Assembly: GCA_963693055.1 (NCBI GenBank)
Contig: OY843751.1
Location: 4,864,001-4,928,000, forward strand
Direction: 5' to 3'
DNA from: a bacterium
Lineage (GTDB): Bacteria > Zhuqueibacterota > Zhuqueibacteria > Residuimicrobiales > Krinioviventaceae
DNA: 64,000 nt
Part shown: piece by piece, positions 42,058 through 51,484 of the stretch
Numbering within the stretch: position 1 is the stretch's first letter
How the letters are laid out: every line of letters begins with the position of its first letter
Translations under genes and position numbers: made by a program
Notes under the pieces: model-generated
Seen by the model: the letters and a program-made list of their open reading frames with translations, nothing else
Database searches by the model: none
What the model was told of the DNA's origin: nothing

Positions 42058-42939
42058 TTACTCCGCATGCTCTGCGCGGGTTTGATTGATCAATCCAAAT
42101 ACATCCTGATTAACATCCACATCTTTTTTATAATACAACTCGTTAACAATATCCGGTCCCTCTCTGGTGAAAACCGCAGCATATACATCAAGACTGTTCA
42201 GATCAATATAAACATCTGCAAAGTGGTCACCACAATTGTGGGACTCGCATCCTTTCAGCACCAGAAAACCATCCTGTATCGCTACAGGCATCTGTACACC
42301 AAATGCGGTTTTGAACGCGTCACATTGATCACCCAGGATCTCTTTTAAAGTATCTTCCACCCCTTCTACCTGCGCCAGCACTTGGTTAGGATATTGGGAT
42401 ACATACCCCGCAAGCGTTTCCGCGGTCAAAGCCTCGGATTGGAGTTGAAAAGGATCATCATCGGTTTCCGTCAAAAAACCCTGTACATATTTCCAGCGGG
42501 ACAACACCTGTCCCAGTTCATCACATTCCGCGATTTCAATCACATCACCAGAGCCTTCTACATAACCCTTTGTGATTCGGTAAAACCAGAATTCCAGCTC
42601 TCCCAGCATTTGATATGATGAATCATCGTAAATGCCTATCACCCGTAAAATCGGGGGAAAACAATTGCCGCCCTGGTGTTCTGACATAATGATCACATCT
42701 TCATCGCCATTCACCCCAGGGAAAAAAGCCTCAACCATGCCCATTCCATATTCACCGTCATTGATCTTGTAAACCTCTTGCGAATTGAGTTTAACTAAAA
42801 GATTCATCCCATTGATTTCCGCAATCTCGAATTCCCCACCAATGGTATTGATTTTTACAGAATCCTCAGCATACACAGTGCTTGTATGAGGTATTATCCA
42901 AATCAAAAGAAATATAAAACCCAATCTCCATGCTCTCAT
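42058..42939 (-). CDS. Exported protein with C-terminal Ivy-like (lysozyme inhibitor) domain
   Basis: Signal peptide; acidic protein; GCESHNCGD resembles the Ivy CKPHDCG loop. Confidence 0.55.
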   Translation of the reverse strand: MRAWRLGFIFLLIWIIPHTSTVYAEDSVKINTIGGEFEIAEINGMNLLVKLNSQEVYKINDGEYGMGMVEAFFPGVNGDEDVIIMSEHQGGNCFPPILRVIGIYDDSSYQMLGELEFWFYRITKGYVEGSGDVIEIAECDELGQVLSRWKYVQGFLTETDDDPFQLQSEALTAETLAGYVSQYPNQVLAQVEGVEDTLKEILGDQCDAFKTAFGVQMPVAIQDGFLVLKGCESHNCGDHFADVYIDLNSLDVYAAVFTREGPDIVNELYYKKDVDVNQDVFGLINQTRAEHAE

Positions 42940-43040
42940 GCAAAACTCCGGAAACAGTTGATCATTTTTATAAAGTTACAAAATTAATGGATCAAAAAAC
43001 ATGCCTGTTTTATTAACTTGACGCGAATTGTGATTAAAAG

Positions 43041-43058
43041 ACAAAACGCAAAGTACGC
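43041..43058 (+). repeat. Direct repeat, right copy (ACAAAACGCAAAGTACGC)
   Basis: 17/18 identical to 38533-38550. Confidence 0.45.
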
Positions 43059-43155
43059 CAAGAGGTCGCCAGGGACGCTGAGGGAAAGCTCATTCTCTGC
43101 GCTCATTTCTAAATTGCTTCCGATGAAAACAACACGACCAATACCATGATAACGA

Positions 43156-43450
43156 AATCCTGGGCATCATTGAATCCTTTAATCATGGTTCAGATCGTGA
43201 CGGAGTTAAGCGTCAGCGGTCTCCGTCACGGGAAACCTTTTTTCTTGAGTGATCCATACTTGCAAAATAATAAACATCTTGCACAACGGAGATCACTACG
43301 TTTATCTCCGTTGCGATCATTTCTTTTTGATAGTGGTAAAGTTAATCTCCAGCGGTCTCCGTCACGGGAATCATGTAATCTTGTTCATCCTTCAATCTTG
43401 GTTATAATCCTCTACTCTAATCCTTTCAATCATGGTTTTAATCAAGGTTT
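43156..43450. repeat. REP-like hairpin cluster
   Basis: GATC-CGTGACGGAG...CTCCGTCACG hairpin (43193-43230), inverted related copy (43284-43318), 21-bp repeat CAGCGGTCTCCGTCACGGGAA (43214, 43350), several AATCC/AATCATGGTT units. Confidence 0.7.
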
Positions 43451-43548
43451 TCATCACGGTCAAAAATAATATCAGGGTCTCTAACTTTTTCCTTGTACTC
43501 TAGTCTGTTTTTTCGTTTCTTTATGAAAAACAATGGAGAGATAAAAAC

Positions 43549-44799
43549 ATGTATTCCTCAGAAATAGCAAGCAAACCCAAACCCTCAAAAGCTTACAGAT
43601 GGACCGTGCTGATTTTTATCAGCATGGCCATGTTTGGCAACTACTATATCTATGACAGCATCAGTCCCCTGGCGGACGTACTCAAAGCGCAGCTCGGTTT
43701 CACAGATAGCAACATCGGGCTTTTAAACGCAATTTACAGTCTGCCAAATATCCTCATGGTACTTATCGGGGGTATTATTATTGATTTGATTGGTACAAAA
43801 AAAGCATCATTTCTGTTTGCTGCCCTCTGTCTCACAGGCGCTATTGTAACAGTGTCTCACGGGTCACTTGCTGTAATGGCCACAGGCAGATTAATTTTCG
43901 GGCTGGGCGCGGAATCGCTCATCGTTGCCGTCACTACAGTTATTGCAAAATGGTTCAAAGGCAAAGAACTGGGATTCGCAATGGGTATAAACCTAACCAT
44001 ATCACGCCTGGCTACCTTTGCAGCGCTCAACTCTCCCACAATTGCCAAACCGCTGTATGTCAATTGGCAGTATCCTCTTTTAATTGCTGTGGGAGCGGGC
44101 GTAATCTCTGTTTTATCCGTCATCATTTATTTCTCTCTTGAATCCAAAGCCACAAAGCTCTATGATCTGGGTGAAGCCGAAGAAGTGGACAAGATCAATC
44201 TCAAGACCGTATTTAAAATGAATCCCTCTTTTTGGTTCATTACTTTATTGTGCGTTACATTCTATTCAGCAATTTTCCCATTCCAGACCTTTGCTGTCAA
44301 GCTGTTCATGGAACAGCATGGTCTCACCCGAGAGTTGGCAGGTTTCACATCCAGCATCATCACATTTGCGTCTATGGTTATGACCCCCTTGTTTGGACTG
44401 CTCATCGACAAAGTCGGCAAACGCGCAAGTTTAATGATGTTTGGCTCAATACTGCTGGTTCCGGTTTATCTGCTGCTGGTCTACACTTCCCTCCCGCCCA
44501 TGGTTCCCATGGCTTTAATGGGCATTGCATTCTCACTCGTACCCGCTGCCATGTGGCCCGCGGTTGCGCTGATTGTAGAATCCAATCGTCTGGGTACGGC
44601 ATATGGACTCATGACCATGATTCAGAATATCGGCTTGTTCGGCTTTAATATGGTTATTGGCTATGCGAATGATCTTTCCAGCGGCTATACTGCGGGAATG
44701 TGGATTTTCTCCATTCTCGGTTTTGCGGGTATGCTGTTCGCGTGGCTGCTGAAACGCGCGGATGAACGACACAATAATGGCGCACTTGAAAATGCCTGA
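43549..44799 (+). CDS. MFS transporter (MFSD1-like)
   Basis: 12 TM helices, FGNYYIYDSI, GRLIFGLGAESL, IDKVGKR, RLGTAYG. Confidence 0.9.
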   Translation: MYSSEIASKPKPSKAYRWTVLIFISMAMFGNYYIYDSISPLADVLKAQLGFTDSNIGLLNAIYSLPNILMVLIGGIIIDLIGTKKASFLFAALCLTGAIVTVSHGSLAVMATGRLIFGLGAESLIVAVTTVIAKWFKGKELGFAMGINLTISRLATFAALNSPTIAKPLYVNWQYPLLIAVGAGVISVLSVIIYFSLESKATKLYDLGEAEEVDKINLKTVFKMNPSFWFITLLCVTFYSAIFPFQTFAVKLFMEQHGLTRELAGFTSSIITFASMVMTPLFGLLIDKVGKRASLMMFGSILLVPVYLLLVYTSLPPMVPMALMGIAFSLVPAAMWPAVALIVESNRLGTAYGLMTMIQNIGLFGFNMVIGYANDLSSGYTAGMWIFSILGFAGMLFAWLLKRADERHNNGALENA

Positions 44800-44867
44800 T
44801 TTTTCAGGATTATTTAACGGTTAAATTTGTTGTAAATATGATAATATAAAAACAAACGGGAATACAA

Positions 44868-45281
44868 TTGCCTCTGGTATATGTAACACGAAAAGTGCAT
44901 TTTAATGCAGCCCATCGCCTGCATACAGACAATCTGAGCGAGCAGGATAACGAAAACCTGTACGGGCTGTGCAATAATCTTTATGGCCATGGCCACAATT
45001 ACGAGTTGGAAGTCACCGTTCGCGGTGAACCGGACCCTGTAACCGGCATGGTGATTGATCTCAAAGAGCTCAAAGATATTCTTCAAGAACATGTTGTCAA
45101 GGTCATGGACCATAAACACCTCAATCACGATGTGGAAATCATGCGGGGAATTGTTCCCACTGCTGAGAACATTGCAATTGTGATCTGGCAACAGTTAGCA
45201 GACCATATACCCCGCGGTACATTGTACGAAGTAAAGCTGTATGAAACGCCAAGAAATATGGTAATATACAGAGGAGAATAA
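44868..45281 (+). CDS. 6-pyruvoyl-tetrahydropterin synthase family protein (CX5HGH, PTPS-II type)
   Basis: [39 protein letters not shown]; TTG start. Confidence 0.88.
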   Translation: MPLVYVTRKVHFNAAHRLHTDNLSEQDNENLYGLCNNLYGHGHNYELEVTVRGEPDPVTGMVIDLKELKDILQEHVVKVMDHKHLNHDVEIMRGIVPTAENIAIVIWQQLADHIPRGTLYEVKLYETPRNMVIYRGE

Positions 45282-45285
45282 ACAT

Positions 45286-45849
45286 ATGGCAAAAACAATC
45301 AAAGATTCCGTTCTTGATATTTTGGAAATCATTGGTGAAGATCCTCAGCGGGAAGGGCTGCTCAAAACCCCCAAACGGGTTGAGAAATCTTATGAATACC
45401 TTACTCGCGGTTACAACATGGATATTGACAAAGTCGTTAATGAAGCTATCTTTGAAGAAGATTGTGAAGAAATGGTTGTTGTGCGAAACATTGAATTTTA
45501 CAGCCTTTGCGAACACCACATGCTGCCCTTTTATGGCAAATGCCACGTAGCCTACTTGCCAAAGGGAAAAATCATTGGTTTGAGCAAGATACCAAGAATA
45601 GTTGACATGTATGCACGTCGTTTGCAGGTACAGGAGCGCATGACCCGCCAGATTGCCGAAACCATTCAAAGCATACTAAAGCCGTATGGTGTGGCTGTTA
45701 TCGCTGAAGGCAAGCATCTTTGCATGATGATGCGCGGGGTAGAGAAACAAAACAGTTTTGTTACATCCAGCACCATGCTGGGCGGATTTAAAAATGACCG
45801 GGTAACCCGTATGGAACTGTTGAACCTGCTACAAACAAGGATAGATTGA
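45286..45849 (+). CDS. folE: GTP cyclohydrolase I
   Basis: [41 protein letters not shown]. Confidence 0.97.
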   Translation: MAKTIKDSVLDILEIIGEDPQREGLLKTPKRVEKSYEYLTRGYNMDIDKVVNEAIFEEDCEEMVVVRNIEFYSLCEHHMLPFYGKCHVAYLPKGKIIGLSKIPRIVDMYARRLQVQERMTRQIAETIQSILKPYGVAVIAEGKHLCMMMRGVEKQNSFVTSSTMLGGFKNDRVTRMELLNLLQTRID

Positions 45850-45850
45850 T

Positions 45851-46570
45851 ATGATCTCTAGCACGCTCAAAAAACAAATCGCCTGGATCACCGGCAGCGG
45901 ACGTGGTATTGGTAAAAGTATAGCACAGGAACTGGCGGCAAACGGTGTCAAGGTGGTAGTATCGTCCCGCACCAAAGCAGAAATCGAATCTGTAGCACAA
46001 CAAATTAACGAAAATGGCGGCAGTGCCCTTGCCATCCAATGCGACGTAACACAAAAACAGCAGGTAAAAGAACTCGTAGATCAGGTAAAACAGCAATGGG
46101 GTGATATAGATATTCTCGTCAACAATGCGGGCATTGTCTATTTTGCCAAAATTGTTGATTATGATGAGCAAAAATGGGACGAGTTGATGAATACCAACCT
46201 GAAATCCGCTTTTCTCTGCAGCCAGGCAGTATTGCCAGGTATGATAGCAAAGCAATCGGGGCATATCATCAACGTTGTATCTGTTGCGGGTAAACAGGCG
46301 TTTCCCAACAATGCAGGATATTGCGCGTCAAAGTACGGTATGCTGGGATTCACAGACGTGCTCCGCATGGAAGCCCGCAAGCACAATATCAAAGTTACCG
46401 CATTTCTACCCGGTGCAACGGATACCGAAATCTGGGGAAATGCCAATGTTGACCGATCTAAAATGCTTACTCCCAAACAGACGGCAGAATGTGTACTGGC
46501 TATCTGCGGAAGCCATCCTGATGCACTGCCGGAAGAAGTGGTATTACGGCCCATTGGTGGAGATTTGTAA
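45851..46570 (+). CDS. SDR oxidoreductase, probable sepiapterin reductase
   Basis: TGSGRGIG, NNAG, YCASK; C-terminal EEVVLRPIGGDL; coupled to PTPS-folE. Confidence 0.75.
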   Translation: MISSTLKKQIAWITGSGRGIGKSIAQELAANGVKVVVSSRTKAEIESVAQQINENGGSALAIQCDVTQKQQVKELVDQVKQQWGDIDILVNNAGIVYFAKIVDYDEQKWDELMNTNLKSAFLCSQAVLPGMIAKQSGHIINVVSVAGKQAFPNNAGYCASKYGMLGFTDVLRMEARKHNIKVTAFLPGATDTEIWGNANVDRSKMLTPKQTAECVLAICGSHPDALPEEVVLRPIGGDL

Positions 46571-46585
46571 TATCGGGAGGTTTTT

Positions 46586-47278
46586 ATGCTAAAACTCACA
46601 TTTTTAGGTCATTCCGCGTTTTTGATTGAATCAGACAAGGGCAATCTGATCATTGATCCGTTTCTCAGCAATAATCCTGTTGCTGCAGCCCAGGCGGATG
46701 CAATCAAAGTGGATTATGTACTGCTTACACATGGTCATGGTGACCATTTGGGAGACGGACTAAAAATCGCCAAGGCCAATAATGCAACCATTATCGCACC
46801 CAATGAACTGGCGGTCTATTGTCAAAAAAAAGGATACAATGCTCACCCCATGCATATTGGTGGAGCATTTAATTTTCCATTCGGCCGGGTTAAACTCACC
46901 ATTGCCCACCACGGTTCAGGAACCGATCTGGGTGGTGACGCGTTAACCTATATGGGCAATCCCTGCGGATTTGTTATCACCATCAATGGCAAAACCATTT
47001 ATCATGCAGGTGACACGGGACTTTTTATGGATATGCAGCTCATCGGCAAACTCAACAAGCTGGATATAGCCCTGCTGCCCATTGGTGATAATTTCACCAT
47101 GGGTATTGATGATGCCGTAATAGCAGCAGAATTTTTGAATCCCGGTCTGGTTGTGCCTATGCACTATAATACTTTTGATGTCATCAAGGTAAATCCGAAA
47201 GAATTCAAGCGTAAAATGGAAGCAAAAAACATAAACGTATTAATCATGAATCCCGGAGACGCAACAAGTTTAACTTGA
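46586..47278 (+). CDS. Metal-dependent hydrolase, metallo-beta-lactamase fold (UPF0173)
   Basis: GHSAF, IDPF, THGHGDH, YHAGDT, PIGDNFTM, PMHYNTF. Confidence 0.92.
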   Translation: MLKLTFLGHSAFLIESDKGNLIIDPFLSNNPVAAAQADAIKVDYVLLTHGHGDHLGDGLKIAKANNATIIAPNELAVYCQKKGYNAHPMHIGGAFNFPFGRVKLTIAHHGSGTDLGGDALTYMGNPCGFVITINGKTIYHAGDTGLFMDMQLIGKLNKLDIALLPIGDNFTMGIDDAVIAAEFLNPGLVVPMHYNTFDVIKVNPKEFKRKMEAKNINVLIMNPGDATSLT

Positions 47279-47328
47279 TAGATTTTCAAGAGTTTAGTAT
47301 ATTTCTTGTTCGCAACATGTGCCATTTT

Positions 47329-47344
47329 TGGTACAAGTATTGCT
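47329..47344 (+). promoter_or_regulatory. Candidate sigma54 (-24/-12) promoter
   Basis: TGGTACAAGTATTGCT, GG-N10-GC spacing, one mismatch to TGGCAC. Confidence 0.55.
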
Positions 47345-47349
47345 ATAGC

Positions 47350-47403
47350 AAGGGTAGCTCGAAAGTGAGATGTCCGCATATTGCTTTCATGCTGCCCTTT
47401 TTT
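47350..47403 (+). terminator. Long hairpin with T-tract (terminator or structured leader/sRNA)
   Basis: AAGGGTAGC-TC-GAAAGT...GCTTTC-AT-GCTGCCCTT followed by TTTT. Confidence 0.5.
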
Positions 47404-47434
47404 AACACATGAATTCCCAATACAGGAAAATAAT

Positions 47435-49342
47435 TTGAAAAGGATCCGATTTGTAATACTGTTCACGTTTTTCATTATAACCGGACTGTTTGCAGAAACT
47501 GTCAAATGGGGTGTTCCCATTATGCCGGTCAGCGAGATCAAGCCGGGCATGACAGGCACAGGATACACTGTTTTTTATGGTAACGAGATTGAAGAGTTTG
47601 GATTCAAAGTTATTGAAATTGTAGAAAACTTTTATCCCAAACGTGATCTTGTTCTGGTCGAATTGACCGGAGAAAAAGCCAGAAAAAACGGTGTGGTCAG
47701 TGGTATGAGCGGCAGCCCAACCTACATTGACGGCAAGCTGGTGGGTGCGCTGGCGTTACGCTTTGGCATGTTTATGAAAGATCCCATTGGCGGCATTATG
47801 CCCATAGAACAAATGACTGAAATTGATCAACACGAGTCTGCAAGAGCCCAGGAAACCACAGCATCGGCAGCGCTTTTGCCGGATTACATAGCAACCGCAC
47901 TTTGTGGTGCAGATGATTCATTCTGGCAGCACGTTACCAGCGGTTTTGAACAGACTTTGCCCCAAATGGGTGGTAATTCGCTAACCCAGATAAAGTCACC
48001 ACTGGTCTTTTCGGGGTTCGATTCAAGACTGGTTTCGCAGTTTAGCCCCCAGTTTGAATCTCTTGGCTTTAATGTTGCATCCGGTGGTACAGCCGGCAGC
48101 ACCAAAACCGATGATACCCCCCTGGCTCCCGGCTCTGCGGTGGCGCAAATTTTCATCAATGGAGATATGGGAATAGAATCCACAGGTACTGTAACAACGG
48201 TTCAAGACAATAAAGTTTTAGCATTCGGGCACTATGTTTTCAATCTCGGACCGGTTAACCTGCCAATGGCAAAAGCAAAAATTCTGGCAACCCTGCCCAG
48301 TGAAATGGGTTCAACCAAAATGGCTGCGTCAACAGAAATTGTAGGCGCCTTTCGCCAGGACCGCTTAACCGGTGTTTATGGAGACATGAATATAACCCCG
48401 CGTACCATCCCCATCGATCTGAATTTTGAACAGCTATCCGGAACCAAAACAGACTATCATTTCAATATGGCAGATGATCCGGCGATGAACAATATCATGC
48501 CGCTTTTCCTGCGTATTGCACTGATCCAGTCTCTTACAGCAGGACGTTTATCCGGCAGCCTGAATTCCATGTATATGAACAGTACCATAGAATTTACAGA
48601 TGGGACCCATCTAAAATTAAACGACTTTTTCTCTACCCGCCAGCGCTTTGGTTTTATGGCATCAGGCACAGACGCAAACAGTGCAAGTGACCTCATTGCC
48701 TCAGCATTAGGTGCCTTAATGGTCAATGATTTTGAATCACCCAATATCAAATCCATCAACATCAATACTCGTGAAGTAGCGGGTGAGCGCATTGCCAGAA
48801 TCAAAAACATCTGGCAGAACAAGAATATAGTATCTCCCGGTGATACGCTTACATTTTCAATTGAACTGGAAACAACCAAAAATAAAGATCTCAAAATCCA
48901 GCGTTCATTCCCCATCCCCAAAAATCTGGATGCCCGCAGCTTGACCATTTTAATATCAAGCGGGCCTACATTAAGCAATTATGAGATCCAAACCAATCGC
49001 AATAAATTCATTCCTGTAGACTTTGCGCACATGGTATCGATCATTGAAAACAGAAGAATGAATGATCATCTGTATCTGCAAATACAAATGCAAGACAAGG
49101 GATTAATGCTGGAAGGTGAAGAACTGACAGCATTGCCGCCATCGGTAATGGATATAATGAGCACAATTAAAACAAACGGTTCAAGCCAAAACACCGGCAA
49201 CCGGATTTTGCATGAAGAATCTATACAAACAGATTATGTTATTGCCGGAGCTAAACGGCTGGTTGTTACAATCAAACAACCGCCAAAAGCAACATATCCG
49301 GACCCCGATGAAGAGCAGCCAGCACAACCGACTTACTGGTAA
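47435..49342 (+). CDS. SpoIVB peptidase S55 domain exported protein
   Basis: IKPGMTGTGYTVF, GVVSGMSGSPTYIDGKLVGAL, GTVT, LAFGH, QDRLTG; TTG start at 47435 after AGGA. Confidence 0.85.
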   Translation: MKRIRFVILFTFFIITGLFAETVKWGVPIMPVSEIKPGMTGTGYTVFYGNEIEEFGFKVIEIVENFYPKRDLVLVELTGEKARKNGVVSGMSGSPTYIDGKLVGALALRFGMFMKDPIGGIMPIEQMTEIDQHESARAQETTASAALLPDYIATALCGADDSFWQHVTSGFEQTLPQMGGNSLTQIKSPLVFSGFDSRLVSQFSPQFESLGFNVASGGTAGSTKTDDTPLAPGSAVAQIFINGDMGIESTGTVTTVQDNKVLAFGHYVFNLGPVNLPMAKAKILATLPSEMGSTKMAASTEIVGAFRQDRLTGVYGDMNITPRTIPIDLNFEQLSGTKTDYHFNMADDPAMNNIMPLFLRIALIQSLTAGRLSGSLNSMYMNSTIEFTDGTHLKLNDFFSTRQRFGFMASGTDANSASDLIASALGALMVNDFESPNIKSININTREVAGERIARIKNIWQNKNIVSPGDTLTFSIELETTKNKDLKIQRSFPIPKNLDARSLTILISSGPTLSNYEIQTNRNKFIPVDFAHMVSIIENRRMNDHLYLQIQMQDKGLMLEGEELTALPPSVMDIMSTIKTNGSSQNTGNRILHEESIQTDYVIAGAKRLVVTIKQPPKATYPDPDEEQPAQPTYW

Positions 49343-49360
49343 ACAAAAAAGGAATACTGA

Positions 49361-51481
49361 ATGTTGAAAAATAAATCCATATTATTTTTAATCGCTGCAC
49401 TATTCATACTTTCCAGTGCGGCATTGGCTGTAAAACCGCGTTACAGTACCTACCAGTCTAAAGGTAAATTTGAACGGGGTACCAGCAAGAAAATGTCCAT
49501 CCTGCATAAAGGGATTTTAACTCCGGCGCCCAAAGTAGAAAAAATCATGAGCACTGGTGATCCGTTTATCTGGTCCGCTATTAGTGACAGTAAAGGCAAT
49601 ACTTATCTTGGCTCTGGTAACGATGGTATTGTTTACAAAATATCAGCCAAAGGCGATACTGCCATATGGCTCGACACAGACGAGCTTGAAGTTTATGCAT
49701 TGACAGTAGACAAACAAGACAACATCTATGTGGGCACATCGCCACGTGGCAAAGTATACAAAGTAACGCCTGCTGGCACAAAAACAGAATTTTACAGCCC
49801 CAAATCCGATTATATTTGGGACATGGATATGGACGCAAAAGGCAATTTATATGTAGCTACCGGTTCTATTGCATCAATTATAAAAATTACTCCAGACGGC
49901 ACCCCTTCAGTTGTAATGAAAAGCGAACAAACCCATATCCGCAGTATATTTGTCCACAATAATACAATTTACGCAGGCAGCAGTGGCAACGGTTATGTTT
50001 ATAAAATTGAACCGGGCGGATCTCCCTTTGTTATACTTGACACCCAAATGCAAGAAGTGCACGATATTCTGGTAACACCAGATGGTTCGGTTTACGCGGC
50101 AGCATTTGGCGAAACTACAGCCATGTTTCCGGGACAAACCAAGGAAAGAGCAGACCAGAGTAAATCAAACGGTGATAGTGAAGAAGAAGAGGGCGAAAAC
50201 GAAGCCTCTATTGCACAATCATTCCTTTTAGAAAACATGGCACAAACCGCACAAACGCCCACAGCTTTATATCGAATCGAAACCAATGGCTATTCCAAAG
50301 ATCTGTGGCTGGGTGCTGAAGAACATATCCAATCCCTGTTGCTGGCAAAAGATGGGACCATCCTTGCCGGTACCGGCGATAATGGGAAATTATACGCAAT
50401 TGATAAAGAGGGTAATTCCTCGTTACTGTTTAATGTAGAAGAATCACAAATCACTGCTATGACATACAGCATTGATCATAAACTGGTTATTGGCACTTCG
50501 AATCTGGGCATTGTATATGGCGTTATGCCTGAAAAATCCAAAACCGCCGAGTACGAATCCGAAACCATTGATACAGGCCTTCAGTCCATTTGGGGCACCC
50601 TTGCCTGGAAAGGTTCAGAGAATGACGGCAAGATAGAGTTCTACACCCGCTCAGGAAACACAGAACTACCGGAACAAACCTGGAGCGAATGGCAGAAAAC
50701 CGTAAAAGAAAACGGCGCGTTAAAAATTAAAAGTCCTGCGGCCCGTTATGTCCAATGGAAATGTGAAATGCAACCCGGTAAAAATCCGCCGCAGATCAAA
50801 GAAGTAAATATTGCATACATGCAAAAAAATCTGCCGCCTTTTATCAGTGATGTTGTTATCCATCCCCCCGGCAATTATTATGAAATAGATGACAATAGCG
50901 AAATCCGTGAAAAAGGTATTCCTTATCCGCAAACACCAACACAGGAAGGCAAAAAGACAGGATTTCAAAGTGTAGACTGGTTGTTCGAAGATCCCAATTT
51001 TGACGGTATCCTGTTTAGTGTACAATATTGCAAAACAGGTTCAAACAACTGGAAAACATTGGTCACCGATTATCCCGGAAGCTATTTCTCCTGGGACAGC
51101 CGTCAAATGGCTGATGGAGAATATCTGGTAAAAGTCATTGCTGCAGATGCACCGTCGAATCCCAAATCAATGGCCCTGACTGGTGAAAAGAACAGTGAAC
51201 CCTTTATTATTGACAATTCGGGCCCCCAGATTAACATTCAATCATTAAAAGATAAAGTCCTGACCGTTTCAGTAGAAGACGCCTGGAACAATTTGGAAAA
51301 AGTTTATTACAGCGTCAACGCTTCATCGTGGGAAACCATCTATCCCACGGATCAGATAACAGACGCCAAAAAAGAAAAATATCAAATAACAATAGACACA
51401 GCATTACCAGCAGATATCGCGATCAAAGCCCATGATAATGTTGGTAATATAACTGTTGTACACAAAGAACTAGAAAAATAG
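49361..51481 (+). CDS. Exported beta-propeller protein with C-terminal beta-sandwich domains
   Basis: Signal peptide; repeats of DxxGNxYxGT...GxVYK; TRSGNT...WSEW; DGEYLVKVIAAD...IDNSGP. Confidence 0.75.
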   Translation: MLKNKSILFLIAALFILSSAALAVKPRYSTYQSKGKFERGTSKKMSILHKGILTPAPKVEKIMSTGDPFIWSAISDSKGNTYLGSGNDGIVYKISAKGDTAIWLDTDELEVYALTVDKQDNIYVGTSPRGKVYKVTPAGTKTEFYSPKSDYIWDMDMDAKGNLYVATGSIASIIKITPDGTPSVVMKSEQTHIRSIFVHNNTIYAGSSGNGYVYKIEPGGSPFVILDTQMQEVHDILVTPDGSVYAAAFGETTAMFPGQTKERADQSKSNGDSEEEEGENEASIAQSFLLENMAQTAQTPTALYRIETNGYSKDLWLGAEEHIQSLLLAKDGTILAGTGDNGKLYAIDKEGNSSLLFNVEESQITAMTYSIDHKLVIGTSNLGIVYGVMPEKSKTAEYESETIDTGLQSIWGTLAWKGSENDGKIEFYTRSGNTELPEQTWSEWQKTVKENGALKIKSPAARYVQWKCEMQPGKNPPQIKEVNIAYMQKNLPPFISDVVIHPPGNYYEIDDNSEIREKGIPYPQTPTQEGKKTGFQSVDWLFEDPNFDGILFSVQYCKTGSNNWKTLVTDYPGSYFSWDSRQMADGEYLVKVIAADAPSNPKSMALTGEKNSEPFIIDNSGPQINIQSLKDKVLTVSVEDAWNNLEKVYYSVNASSWETIYPTDQITDAKKEKYQITIDTALPADIAIKAHDNVGNITVVHKELEK

Positions 51482-51484
51482 GTT

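Noticed and set aside
43146-43469. 107-aa ORF on the plus strand
   Set aside because: Lies wholly in the REP-like cluster; no recognisable motifs.
44868-45281. queD of a queuosine or 7-deazaguanine DNA-modification cluster
   Set aside because: CX5HGH motif and SDR partner point to BH4-type PTPS; no queC, queE, tgt or dpd genes nearby.
47311-47324. Minus-strand sigma54-like motif TGGCACATGTTGCG
   Set aside because: Spacing between GG and GC is 2 bp too short for a -24/-12 promoter.
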